Virus record (IMG/VR): IMGVR_UViG_3300037537_001028 | From: an uncultured virus (IMG/VR IMGVR_UViG_3300037537_001028) | Taxonomy: Duplodnaviria > Heunggongvirae > Uroviricota > Caudoviricetes | Length of the DNA stretch: 64,000 nt | Strand: one strand, 5' to 3' | Shown: positions 19,722 to 32,900 of the stretch, one piece after another | Layout of the letters: every line of letters starts with the position of its first letter | Numbering within the stretch: position 1 is the stretch's first letter | Translations under genes and position numbers: made by a program | The notes under the pieces: model-generated | The model's database searches: none | What the model saw: the letters and a program-made list of their open reading frames with translations, nothing else | What the model was told of the DNA's origin: nothing

Positions 19722-22700
19722 ATGTTTTTCTACTCGAACGTTCCTCTCGTAGACAAAGCTACCTGTCCAAAAGCCGCACACCATAACTACTTAGCGAAGC
19801 AGTTTAATAATAGGTTGCAGCTAGCTGGCCCTAGTTGCTCTTGGTCTATATTTTATTACGCGGATAGTATATTTCTCGGTATGAGGAATACCGCTACGCC
19901 CGGTCAACCATTGGGCATTAACCCACCCGAAGATGAATGGTGGAAAATATATTCCTGCATAGAGCAGCCGACAACTGAAACTGGAGAAGGGAACTGGCCA
20001 ATTACTCTCGCTGGGTACCCAGAGGGTGCCAACGTAATGAACCCTCTTAATGCTTTTATATTTGGCAGAGTAACAGCGGAGAATAAAATTGTTGAATTTA
20101 TGGGACCTTGGGCGGAGGGAAACGTATTTGATGGACTCGTGCAGAGTTCTAGAGCAGTCCTAACTAATAATCAATATTGGCAAGATTCGTTTAGACAAAG
20201 GGGCGCTATTGCGCCTAATAAAACTTATTCAAAGTCGGCTCATCAACAGTGGTTAAGTGGAGATGAGAATATGAAAGTAACGAATGTAATGTTTAAGTCC
20301 TATAGTCAGGTGTCATTTCTTCCTACCGCATATGATCCTGTGTGGATCAGCCAAAGTCTTTTTGCTGCAGGGCGTTCTTCTGACAGATATTTTAAGGAGT
20401 ATGCTAGTAATACGGTATATGCTCGTTACGCTCCTGCTGTATACGGAGGCGGATATCAATCTGTATATGCGGGAGACTATCGAGGGACTGTCTATCCTTC
20501 TCATGGAGTGCTCAAAAGAAAGAACGCAGCTAAAGATGTTTTAAGATGGGGTCTATGGGTTTACGCTTTTTACTTTCGTGGTAGCGAGCATCAGAGGAGC
20601 CTGTTTTGCGAAAGAAAAGATTGGGATGCTCCTTCGATGGAATACCAGTCTACAGTGGCCTATAGAGGGGAGCAGACTATAGGTTTGCAGAGCGTTAGGA
20701 CCCACGGTCCTTTAAATATTTGCAAAGTTGGTTTCGATTTTTTTAAGTACTACACTAGGCAGAACTTACTTGCCCCTTCTCTTGGGTGGCTTACGTACAA
20801 AAGTGGGAGTCGAGGGCACGTGGTAAATAAGCTGCTACCATATGATGGTATAGGCAACGTTAGGCTTCACCAGTTTAGATGTACGTATAAGTTTACGATA
20901 GGGTCTGGCGTAAGTGAAAATAACTGGCTAGGGAACGTTAATGGCTTCACCAGAAAATCAAGTGATAGAAATTTAGCTTCTGGTATACCCAGTATTAACA
21001 CAACAACAGAAGTAACTCATTACCCTATGGCTTATGAGAACTACGACGACACAGAAATAGGATCAACCAACAGTTCTGAGTATGGCAAGACCTTAAGGTT
21101 TCCTGCTTCTGATGTTAACGACAGGAGTCCTAATAAAGCCATGTTGTTTAAGTGTTCTTATCTAGATGCTCCGGAGCATGGGTATAGTGTTAAGCTGAAC
21201 GACCCGTTCCTATTTATAAAAACTAATGCTCGGAAAGTTAACTACTGTCTCGCCGGATATTATATACGAACAAGTGCTGTGGAAAATCCTAACTTAACTT
21301 TCAAACTTAGGATATGGAGGCATATACACGGTAAGAATAAAATTGTACATGAGACCATAATAAATAGAAGATATAGTTATGCAATAAATAGAGCAAATGC
21401 AAAGTTTGGGCAAGGAAGAAGGGCTTACGTATATAATAAGATATTCTATTTTAAAAATCCCCCTACGGCTGGCAAATATAGATTTGAAATAGCTCCAGTT
21501 ACTGAAGATCATCTCATAGAATTACCACGTAGAGCAGATGGAGAAAAGAGATCCGCACAAACAAATTACGAAGGAAGAATTAAGAAAGAGAAGGCTCACG
21601 ACAGAGTCATATCTTTTGGTAATCCTTACTCAAATGTAGTAAAGAGCTTTACCTCTGCGATAGTTATAGGCTCCGAGAATAACCAAGTTACTATCGGCAA
21701 AGGCTACCTGTTGGTTCCTGATGGCGAAGTTAGCGGTCTAAGCGATGGTGATGCGATAATGATACAAACTGGGATTGCATACAGTGATAAGTATGATAGA
21801 ATATACGACAAGAACGAAGGGGAAAAAATAAGTTATGCAATGTCAGGAAAACAGATGTTCATAACAATGGGGGCATCAACTGGCGGTAGGACACCAATAT
21901 GGCTTTCGTCTAGACAGGACAGTAGGCTAACTGCATATGGTCCTAGTGAAGCAGATCATTGGTTTGACATCAAGGCTGCTTTAGAAAGCAGGGTAAATCC
22001 GGGAAATGCAAAGAACACAATCCCTCATACACGCATTAGATTATTTAAATTAAATTTGGATGTAGATTCCCATCTATTAATAGATACAGAAAGTAATTTT
22101 TTTACAGCGACTATAGAGCCAGCTATATTATTGAATCATAGGCCAAGTTTTCAGGACGCCTACGCTTTGCTTAGGGTTGCGACAGAAAAGCAGAACCCGA
22201 TGAACAGCATGAGTAGTTTAATAGGTCATGATCTGCCCGGAATGGGCACTGTTGGTCACGCTTTTCATGATTCTAACGCGGTATTCCGTAATTATATTAA
22301 ATATGGTTCGGCTGTTAATATCTTCGGGTCAGGTGTAGTACCTGCTTTAAGGCAGAAAGTTAGTTCGAATCCTGTATATGAGTCTATGAGAAAATTTGTT
22401 AGTTCTTGTATGCGTATGGTAGATAGGCATCAGCTACTAAATTATACCGTAGAAAACGGAAGAGGGGTATTCTACTTTAAGAGATTCGCTTGGGCAGGCT
22501 TAGCTAACAGATCCAAGGCAACCGTACTTAGGAATATAGAGCCAAGCGTTGATCCATGTGGTCGGTTTTTTGAGGGTTCTGCGAGTAGGTATGGGGGTAA
22601 CGGAAGTATAGACTGGGCTTCTCATGCAAAGTTCACCCCTATATTACCAAATAAATGGTATTATGTATACTTACCCAATTCAAGCGGTACTGTTAATTAC

Positions 22701-23921
22701 AATGGGCTTCCATATGGACATACTGGACGTTTTAAGGGGGTAGAAGGTAAGCAAAATTTAGAGAATGGAAGCCTGAATTTAGGTGACGGTAACATGCCAC
22801 CCGAGTTCGGAGCTTACGAAGAAGAGGGTATAAGAGGATCTATGTCGGGCAATGCTTGGAAAGGTGGAACCACAAACGAATGGGTTATGTTTATGACTTC
22901 GGATCATTATAATACTACTAGCTCTAGTATTTATAAACCTAGCATCTATAGTGATATAATGGGCTTTCTTAATAATAGGTGTCACCACAGATCGCATGAA
23001 TATGAGAGAGGCCTTGAGGACAAATACCAAATGATTAGAACAGAGTTGTGTAGAGTTCCAGATCACGCTAGCACTGTTCCGGGTCCACGTTTACATATTT
23101 TTCTATCCAAAAGTCCAAAAAACTTAAACTATATTTTCAATACCAATAACCCTCATGACGGAAATTTAGACACCTATAATTCGCATGGCAATTTTATTCA
23201 CGCTTACAGGACTTCGTGTCCCCCGGCTTCAGACAGGCCATATAGGGTAACTAGCTGTAGATTAGTAAGCCCTAATGGCGGCAGCCTAAATTATGGAGCT
23301 CATCTTAACCCTTCTGCAATAAAAAGGCATAGTACTTTTCCGGCGGCCCAAGTAGTAAGGGTAGAGATTTATCCGCCACTGAAAGGCACAGGAAGGCTTA
23401 ATATTGGTCGCAGTGGTTGGTCAGGCATGGATCCCGGCAGATACTCTGGCGGAATTAGAACTGAGCCTTATAGAACAGATGAGAATGCAGTCATGGAGCA
23501 TCTAATGCATAAATATGGTGTTAAAACAGATTCGAAAAACAACGCACATACAAGTGAATATTTCAAAGTGTCCCATAATAGCTATAACTGTAATAGGAAT
23601 ATGATAGGAGACTATGCAGCGGAGTCTTATGTTCGTGAAGGTTTAGGATATAGGCCTTGGGGGGCTTGTTACCCTAGGTTTTATTTTTTGAAGCTTATTC
23701 CGTTGGTTGGGCAAGATTCTCTGCTGGACGTAGAACCTTATGCTCAGATGGATTTTTATATGAGGGCTATGTGTGGTCAGTTTGTCATGCCTTATACTTA
23801 CTATAACTCGCCGGGGCAAGTAGACTCTATAAATTGGAAATATACAGAGCTAGCTTCTAGGTCTGCAGAGGAAGATCCTGCTTCATATTACTATGTTGAT
23901 CCTAGGGAGGTTCAAAGTTAG
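19722..23921 (+). CDS. large virion structural protein, function unknown
   Basis: 1399 aa, aromatic-rich; shares short motifs with the giant downstream protein (YNGxxY..xxxFxGV). Confidence 0.65.
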   Translation: MFFYSNVPLVDKATCPKAAHHNYLAKQFNNRLQLAGPSCSWSIFYYADSIFLGMRNTATPGQPLGINPPEDEWWKIYSCIEQPTTETGEGNWPITLAGYPEGANVMNPLNAFIFGRVTAENKIVEFMGPWAEGNVFDGLVQSSRAVLTNNQYWQDSFRQRGAIAPNKTYSKSAHQQWLSGDENMKVTNVMFKSYSQVSFLPTAYDPVWISQSLFAAGRSSDRYFKEYASNTVYARYAPAVYGGGYQSVYAGDYRGTVYPSHGVLKRKNAAKDVLRWGLWVYAFYFRGSEHQRSLFCERKDWDAPSMEYQSTVAYRGEQTIGLQSVRTHGPLNICKVGFDFFKYYTRQNLLAPSLGWLTYKSGSRGHVVNKLLPYDGIGNVRLHQFRCTYKFTIGSGVSENNWLGNVNGFTRKSSDRNLASGIPSINTTTEVTHYPMAYENYDDTEIGSTNSSEYGKTLRFPASDVNDRSPNKAMLFKCSYLDAPEHGYSVKLNDPFLFIKTNARKVNYCLAGYYIRTSAVENPNLTFKLRIWRHIHGKNKIVHETIINRRYSYAINRANAKFGQGRRAYVYNKIFYFKNPPTAGKYRFEIAPVTEDHLIELPRRADGEKRSAQTNYEGRIKKEKAHDRVISFGNPYSNVVKSFTSAIVIGSENNQVTIGKGYLLVPDGEVSGLSDGDAIMIQTGIAYSDKYDRIYDKNEGEKISYAMSGKQMFITMGASTGGRTPIWLSSRQDSRLTAYGPSEADHWFDIKAALESRVNPGNAKNTIPHTRIRLFKLNLDVDSHLLIDTESNFFTATIEPAILLNHRPSFQDAYALLRVATEKQNPMNSMSSLIGHDLPGMGTVGHAFHDSNAVFRNYIKYGSAVNIFGSGVVPALRQKVSSNPVYESMRKFVSSCMRMVDRHQLLNYTVENGRGVFYFKRFAWAGLANRSKATVLRNIEPSVDPCGRFFEGSASRYGGNGSIDWASHAKFTPILPNKWYYVYLPNSSGTVNYNGLPYGHTGRFKGVEGKQNLENGSLNLGDGNMPPEFGAYEEEGIRGSMSGNAWKGGTTNEWVMFMTSDHYNTTSSSIYKPSIYSDIMGFLNNRCHHRSHEYERGLEDKYQMIRTELCRVPDHASTVPGPRLHIFLSKSPKNLNYIFNTNNPHDGNLDTYNSHGNFIHAYRTSCPPASDRPYRVTSCRLVSPNGGSLNYGAHLNPSAIKRHSTFPAAQVVRVEIYPPLKGTGRLNIGRSGWSGMDPGRYSGGIRTEPYRTDENAVMEHLMHKYGVKTDSKNNAHTSEYFKVSHNSYNCNRNMIGDYAAESYVREGLGYRPWGACYPRFYFLKLIPLVGQDSLLDVEPYAQMDFYMRAMCGQFVMPYTYYNSPGQVDSINWKYTELASRSAEEDPASYYYVDPREVQS

Positions 23922-23945
23922 TGTAATATCATGTAAGGTTTAAGG
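23921..23945 (+). promoter_or_regulatory. GTGTAA motif plus TAAGGTTTAAGG element before the giant ORF
   Basis: Same architecture as upstream of the TMP. Confidence 0.55.
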
Positions 23946-23947
23946 TT

Positions 23948-26900
23948 ATGCCAGAAAATAGTAGCAATATTACTTTTGTTGAAACGATCTTTGGAGAAGA
24001 CGCTGCTAAAGACTATCCAAATTATAATTATCGGCTAAGGCTAGCTGGCCTAACTGAATTTGAACCATATATCTCAGAAGCTCCTCGACTTTCCGAAGAA
24101 ACCGATGAGCAATATAGCGCTAGGGTACTCACTTCTGGCAGATATTTTGGAGAACAAGAGATATTGGTAGATGATTTAATTCATTCAGATATTAATATCA
24201 ATGGCTTAAATTTACCAAGCACTTTCTATGACGGTAAGGTTCCCAAAACTCTTCTATTCCTTGAAAAATGCAGGTTAATAAATGATGGCAAGGAATACGA
24301 GGTAACTTCTAAAAATTTAAATGATTTAAATTACGTCAAGAGTCAGCCGCCTACTGTCATTTTTCCAGTAGACCTATCAAAATCTGATAAAGGATACGTA
24401 GTATACAGGAAGACTACTTCGGTCAACAAAGGTAGCAGTAGCAACGCGAAGCTTATGGAATCGGTGTCAGGATGGTATCCTATAACTGGATTTTCTAATA
24501 ATGATGTTAGAGCTATAGCAGACGGAGGTTCCGCCAAAGCTATCGGGTTCACTGATAATAATAATCATTTAGATAATGTCTATAGAGGTGAGACTACCCA
24601 AGGCTCAGACGAGTTCTACCCGTGGAGGCCTACCTCTAGTCCTGACGGCGCAGCACACTATACTGGATACGAGTCTTTTCAAAATGAGCTTTTCACTTCC
24701 TATAAAATAATAGACAGTGGGGTATTGGTCAATCCGCCATCTTCTGAAAGCGAATTAACTAGAGATAGAACTATTGACGTAAGAGTTGATCCGTCAAAAA
24801 GCTACAGCTTAGAAAGAAAGATCACAAGAAAAAGTCACAATGACACGAGTAATCTGGCCGAGTGGGAAAATATACAGCATAACGTAAGCTTCCCTTATAA
24901 AGACGAAGATAATCTAAGCGACTACATAGATACTAATATAAACTTTGAGGTAAGTGGTATTTATGATGTTGTGGAGCCAACAGGTAATCACTCCGATGGT
25001 AGAGATTACTTCGAAGTGCCTATAGTAGAAGATTGGGGCAGGTCCACCATAAAGAATTTATCCTCGAATAGAGAAAGGACAGATGAATTGGTTTTCAGGA
25101 GTGGGGAAAATATAAAAGTGGTGCAGAGGTCAACTTATAAGGAGTCTTACTCTCTGAAGCGTGATCAGTTTGCCTCTGTAGATGTCCATTTCAACCCTTA
25201 TTCAACTGGTGTTAGTGGATCTATTACAGGAGCAAATAACGAAAAGAATTTTTATCAGCTGGAATACCAGCTCTTGCCAAATATAAAAAATAATCAAAAA
25301 CTTCACTACGAGAAAATAAGTTCAAGCGACGCGAGCAATATTTCCATTGGTGATGAGATATTTTACAATACAGGCCAAGAGGGGGGGATCTATAGTCCTG
25401 TGTCTTCGAATGTTTTTGGGGCTACCCCGAGTATTATACCTGAAGAAAAAGGAGTACTAAGGGAGGCTTCTATGGAGCCTGACATTTCTAATATTGGAGC
25501 ATCTTACCAGATAGGCATTACTGGAAAAATAGAGCCAGAAATCATACCGGATAGATTGCACAGTGGGGCTGGCTATTCCTATTTCACTTCTGGAGAAAAG
25601 TATCTAGTCGTTCCTAAGGGAGGCTATTCTACGTTATTTTCTGACGCTTACTTGGAGTTTGACTCTGCAGGAGAGAATAGAAAAACATTTTTTCATGGAG
25701 AGCAGAATGACAACATAGACTCTCACTATACTCTTGCTGAATACAGAACCTTTAACGACTATATTCCCGAAGAAACAGACCAAAGAACTAAAGAGTTTAT
25801 ATATAATAAAGAAAGAGAGGTCAGAATAAATAAGCAAGGCCTATCTTTAGGTGACTCGGCTACAGATTTGCCTGATATGACTGACGGTAGAAACCCAATT
25901 TTCCTGCTAGACGAGACATATGAAAAGCATAGTACTATTCCCACATATAAAAATGCTAATATATTAAATATAGATTCCTCAGATGGATCAATAAAATTAT
26001 CAAATCTAAAAAACAATAAGCTTCAATTTCAGGAAAGAAGTAATTTATTCTTTGAAAAGAATTATATAGCCTCGCAAACTATATTAGCTACAGGTCAGAA
26101 GCAAAGTATAGAACCTTTAAAGCAATTTATTGAAGATGGAAAAGTTTATTATTTAGAAAGAGACATCTATATAGATTCTGATATTAGAACACAAGCTAAT
26201 ACATCTTCGCCAATAAGAAGATCTGATGGGGAAGACTTAGCGTTTAGCCCTTTGTCTGTGAGTCCTAACACCCCAAATCCTGAAGCTTTGGGTGAGGAAA
26301 AATTATACCTTACTCAGGTATATCATAATAATACGGAATTCCCTTATAAAGATTTTGACTACTATAATTATCAGCCTACTATAGCAGAGGAGTTTACTTA
26401 CAGCAATAATAAAAAAAATATCATTGACGGCTTTAAGATTAAAAATGTAAGTAGTGAGGGGTCCTATGTTCCCGGCGCTTATAACTGTTCTTTATCTGAC
26501 CCCACCCATAACCCTAATAAAGATGAGGGGTTTTCTGTTTTAATGAACTCTGGTTATGATTATGCTCATGCCGCAGGGCACAGTGTTTCATGGCCGGATG
26601 GAGACAGTGACGAATTACCTGTGACTTTTACTCCTCGTGATAGAAATGTTTATTATGAGGTTCAGGTCAGGCCGGACTCTATTTCAGATTGGACTACTCT
26701 GTCTTATGCTGTGGACGCGCATGGAGATGATACTGGCAACATTACTGTCACGTTGACTCACGACACCTTAATAACAAATAAGACAGAGGACACTGAAATT
26801 AGGGTTGTGGAATGGGCTGCGGGAGCTATACTAGACAACTACGAAGGGGTAGGATTGCCGAATGAATCTCCAGACAGCCTAGTGCTTAAAAGCACAGGGG

Positions 26901-29900
26901 GTATAGGCAATACCACTACAAACAGAATTTATGATGCATCAAAAACAGAGTTCTCTATAAACGATAATCCGGAATCAGCGGGAGCCATTACTTTGATAGA
27001 TGAAGACTGGGATGGAGATAGTACTAATGACATAAAAGCTATTAGCTTTCCCGGTGCGAACGATAGGTACTTATCTATCCCTTCTCATAGATCTCTTAAC
27101 ATACAGAACGGAGAGTTCTCTTTAGAGTTTTGGATAAAGGCGGCATCTGGGACTGGGACCATATTTGAGAGAGAAAATGGAATAAAATTATCCATAGACG
27201 CTTCAACTCCCAGCTCTACTAAGTTGACAGTCAAGCTTAAAGGGGAGTCGTTTGGAGCTGTCATAGGGGATCATGATATTGGAGCTACCTCTAGCTGGAA
27301 GCATATAGCATTAGCTAAAGTTAAGACCGCGGTAAGGAATGAAGAAGAGGACTTTGGTCAGGATAAATATAGATTGTATTTATATGTAGATGGAAAAGCC
27401 CAAGTTTTGAAGAAAAAACAACTATACTTGGAGTGCGGTTACACCGACTACTCTTTTGATTCTAGCGAGGTGTTAACAATAGGGAAAGGGTTAAATGCTG
27501 AACTTTATCAAGTCAGATTCTATGTTGGTAAGTCTTTGCATAAGGGGAAAACAACAGACTATTCCAAGACGGACTTTAAAGTAGATAGTGGTAAGATAAG
27601 ATACAGAATTTTAAAATTAAAATATAATAGAGCAAAATCTCCTAAAAATGATTGGATTATTAACAGGAATCAGTTTGAAAACGTTGGTCCTCCTGATAAC
27701 TATCTGGATCCTATAAGCGATATGTCTGATGAGACCACTTTTCATACATATGAATGGCTACAAGGTACTCTGGATACGGTAGATTCAAGGTCAAGGGCTT
27801 TGGTTAATTACATGCAGAGCTACGCCTATAGGGCACCTAACAACCCCCATATAAATAAAAACTATGAAGGCAAGCCTATATTTAGAGACTCTAGCGGTCA
27901 CATCTCAGCCTTTGACGGAATTGTATTGGATAATTATTTTTTCAATGTTAGGGATGAGAACCGTGATTCAGATAACTTTAATAAAGGAAGGGCTCCTTAT
28001 CTGTATGAGTTCCTAGACAGAGGTGAGAGCATGAGGTCTATGCGCTTCGCTAAAAAGGGCGGAGAAGATACGTCTACAATTCCGCTTGTATCTAGTGATA
28101 GCGCATCCTACTCTAGCGCCTCTAGGCTTAGGATAACTAAATACGTTTATAGGCTTTACACAAAACACGCTGTTGTTGTCGGTGATGTTGGGCATAAAGA
28201 TTCGAGGGGATCTCAATCTGGTTGGGACTACCAGCTTCAATACTCAACTGATCAGGGTTCTGTCTGGACAGACGTAGACTCTACTGAAAGCCGTAAAGAC
28301 TATCCAATATTTTATAATGATTTGGAAGGGCTAAGGTCAAACTCTTTCGATAACATAGATAATGTTACGCTGCTACCTACTTTAGTAATAAAAACCGACA
28401 TAACAGAGAAGTATAAGCCTGAGGATATAGAGATTAGAATAAAGAAAAAGCAGAACATATCTATCTCCGATGGTTCTCTTAATACACAGGTGCTAAAAAA
28501 GGTTAATTTGTTGCCCATGGAGGTGACTATACCTACTTCTGGTACCCTTCTAGACTTAACGCAGAAAGCCGCTGGTGATAAAGGGCAGATGGAGGGCGCT
28601 ATTGATTCGCCTTTAGATTCTCAACACTACTCTGTTTATGATCAAGCTAACCAAGTAGCTGTTCATTTAGACTCTGATACCACATATGTAGTATATAAAG
28701 ACCCCAACGAGAGTATATTGTTTAGCAGCGATGTTAGTGACACGCTTAAGGTGGAGAATGTAACTATGGCTCTAGACAAAACTTCTACGGTTACTTATAC
28801 TGATATAGAAGACAGAAAACCATATGAGGTTGCGGGCATGACCGGTCTGAGGGTATACGGAGGCAGCGTTAGTTCTTTAGAAACTGTAAAAAGTGTTATA
28901 GGGCCTAAGCCTAGCGGCCTTTCGATAAATAGAGTCGAGAAATCTCATGGTTCAATTAAGACTGGAGAAAATATAATCTTAGACGCGAGGCAGACGAAGG
29001 TTCTTTATATCCCTTCCGTGACTGGTAGCCATTTAGACGAGCTAGAAAATTTTGATATATATACAGCGAACGACTCTGTTCCTAACGAGTCTCTTATCCA
29101 GTTTACTTGTTCGTCCTTTACTACGGGCTTATCAGACTCATCTATCGAAACTGGGGTTAGTGGTGTCTCTTATAAGCCAGCTTACGATTTTTTAAATTCT
29201 CCGGTAATGACCGGCAAGTTTGATGTTAATGCTGATGATGTAGGTAAGACCTTTTTAGTTTCTGGCTCCAATGCTAGCGGCATATTTGTTGGAAACAACT
29301 ATCATTTTGATATTGTAAATATTGGCCCCTCAACTGTTAAGTTGTTTGATAGCCCAGACGCGGCTTACTCTTCACCGGCTCTTACTTCTAGTACAGAAAA
29401 AGCAAGAACCATTAGAGTTGATTCTGATGGCTCTTTTGGTTCATCTGGGGACGAAGTCTCTGGCGTTATTACGGTTCTGCCAGATATTAAGGTAGGGGAA
29501 GAAGTTGATGAAAGTTTAGTCATAGTGGAAGATATAGGCAAGGTTTCTGTATCGAATTCAAATATAGACAGCGCGTGCACTTTGGTAAATATTTTTACTG
29601 GGGATTGTGAACTGGTTGATGGTATAGCCGGGCGTGATGGCCTAGGGTCTTTGTGTGGCGTATCTTACAATGCGTCTGCCCAGAGGCTTAACCATATTGA
29701 TTCTGGAGTTATAGTTATTGATCACGACAAGATAGTATTGACAGAAAACGACGTTGACATAACGGGTGTTATAGACACTAACTCCACTCTTGTATTACCT
29801 AGCGGCTTCGCAAGCAGCGAGCATGTGTCGTTTTTAAACGCTACAGACGATGAGATAAAGGTCGTATCTGAGTCGGGCTATAAAATAGATTCGAAATCAG

Positions 29901-32900
29901 TTGACTATATACCTAGGCAAACTACTAGAAAATTTACTTGCTCTAAGTCTGAGTCTGGCGGGAAAACCGTAAGAAGCTGGTCAACTAGCAACATAGAGGT
30001 AGTCAAATATAATCAATTAAATGTAAAGTTATCAAACAACAAAGAAGTATTTATTCATAATGAGGATGTAGATGTCAGAGTAAATTCTGCTAGCACTGCC
30101 GAAGGCTTTAATTTTAGCGTCGTAAGATCTCAGGTTAACGAGATAAACTTTGATTTTCTAAGGGACGAAAGGACTCCTATAATGAGAATTTTTGTTGACG
30201 ACTATTTAGAATATAGCGCTCCTCCGGGTGTCATTGGGGTAAGAGTGGAAAAGAAATCTTATGGATGGTCTTTTACTAACATAAGTGTTATAACTGGTTC
30301 TCAAATTGTGATAGACCCTCAATCACACGGAAAGATCTTTTCCTACGCTGGCTCTTCAGAAAAAATGCAACTTAAATTTAGACAGGACACTTACCCTGCT
30401 AACTTTGAGTTTTTCTTTATCTCTGCTAATCCTAGCGCTAACATAACATATTTCGTAGAGTCAGAAAACAATGTATATAAATTTAACAACCAAGAGGACT
30501 CGGGTTACTTTAAGTATAAAGTAAGTTTATCTAATAAAGATTTAGTAAGGTTTGCTAAAAGCTCACATATTATAGGGCAAGGATCAGGAGGAGATAATAA
30601 GTTCTATATAGAGTTTATTGGGGCAGACGTAAAGAACAAAAGCTCTAACAAATATAAGTTTAATCAACCAAGTGATGCAAAAGAAAGAGTTTTAATAAGC
30701 AGAAATGAAGAATTTGCTATCGAGCTACCTACTCTAACTGATTTTGACTACGACAGAGGCTTTGCCTTAACGTTCGTAAACGTGGCTGAAGGCCTGTCAG
30801 ACACATTATACCCAGCTGCAGCTATAAGTGATAAAAGTGATATAACTAGCGTTGTCAAAGACTCCTTGGAGGGTTTTAGCGCGTCAACCTATGACTATTT
30901 TGAAGACGAAGACGTAGAGATCGCTACTAACTACGATAACTTTCGAAGCACCCCTGTTGATAGCTTCTCTTCCCCTGCTTTGAGTGATGAGGACTTTCTT
31001 GTTCTTGACGGCTCTTTAAGTGAGGTGGCCTTGCGATCTTTCTTTTCCGAGGGCAAGCTTAATAAATATGCACCAACATCAGAAGATGAGGCATTCCAGC
31101 TCTCTAAGGTTTCTCTCACTGGGAGCAATAAGTTTAATTTAAGTAATCATGGTCTTGTTACGAATCATAAGATGGTCTTTCCATGCGATAGGTTGACTTT
31201 AGCTGATTATTATTTTGAAACTTCTAATTGGGACTCAGTGAAGGCTACTTTTAATGGAACTATAGGCTCTCACAGTATAACAGAAGGGGATACTTTATTG
31301 GTTTACGACACTCAATCAAATATATATTTTCGATATGTAGATAATGGGGCCGATGGAAGCTATAGGTCCTTGGTTGAGGACGATTTTACTATACCGAAGC
31401 CTTTAATTGGTACTTTTAATGAGGATTATCACACTTTTCAGTGGGGTTCAAATGGGCCATTAGAAGCTGGGAAAATGTTTATAAGAATTGGAGTGGGTTC
31501 TAACAAGGAGTCGGGGGGGACTCCTGTAGAGGCTGGAAATATATACGACTTATACTCTGATGGCCTCAGCAGCGCTGCTAAAAAGACTACATCAAATTCT
31601 ATACCTTTTACTTTTGCTGCTGGCTCGGCTTTGGATGCAGACGTAGACGAAGCAGATTTAATAGCTCAAACTTTGTTTATCAAAGTAGTGAATGAAAACG
31701 AGTTCCTTTTATACTCAGACAAGGCTCTATCTAGCCCAGTTACTTATAGCAGCGCTTCTGACTATACATTCTTCTCAGAGACCTTTTATACAGACATCGT
31801 AGACTACGGTAGGGTTTCGATAATAAACTTAGGCGGTTCTCAAAATATAAAAGCTTACTCTGACGACTCTACTATTGTCAGCTCTTTAGGCAACAAAGAG
31901 TCTGTGGAGCTATTCAATGCTTCTGACGGCTCTTATACTCAAGGAGGTCTAGCGTTCTCTGGAGTCCATACTTTGATTGGTTTAGATGGCTCGGTTGACA
32001 GTTTGGATATAAATAAGGCAACAGCTGCGGCAGCCAGTAAAAATCAAATTATAACAAGCGGAGTATTTACTGCTCAAGCTGCTTTAACAGACAATGACTT
32101 TGACAATGACTATTTTATTAATGGCGGTTTAGATTCAGTTACTATTAAAAACACACAAAATAGCAACACTGATGTTTTACTTAAAAATAGAGCCTACAAA
32201 CATGCTGGTAATGACGCTTTTACTTTGCAAGATCAAAGCAAAGCAGATAGAGATATTATATACTACCCTAAAAACGAAATACATATTCCAGATAGAGCAA
32301 ACTTAGGAATAGCTAATGCTCAAAGTCAATTTACATATACTCCTGCAGGGGGAACTAAACAAGCATTAAACTTTGTATTTTATACTCCAAGCGAAGACGA
32401 AGAATATAATGAAGATAGAGAAATAATATTACCTGACGCTTATACTAATTTAAAGCAAGTTGCTGTTGTCAACGTGACTAACATGCCTATAACGGCAAGG
32501 AACTTTTCTAGAACGGCTTCTGTGGTGGTTAATGCTAACGCTATGTTAGTTATATCTAATGCGGATTTATCCACAACTAATACTGCCTACTCCCTTTACG
32601 GTAGTTTACAAGAAGATGATTGGGGCGAATCGTACTATTCTATCTTTGGTTATATGTTTTATTTAAGATCTGATTCTGTTGTAGTTAGTCGCGGTAAGCT
32701 TTATGATGAAGACGGCTATGAGACAACAGTTGAGAGAGACACGTATATAATATCTAGAGAGGGAGATATAATTCTTGATTACGATACCCACAACGGAAAG
32801 AAGATATTCGTAGATAGCCAGCCTAATTTCTTGCGTCCTTACTTGTATAAGACGAATGGATCAGGGCATTATTTAAACGGGACCGGAGAAAATCAAATCT

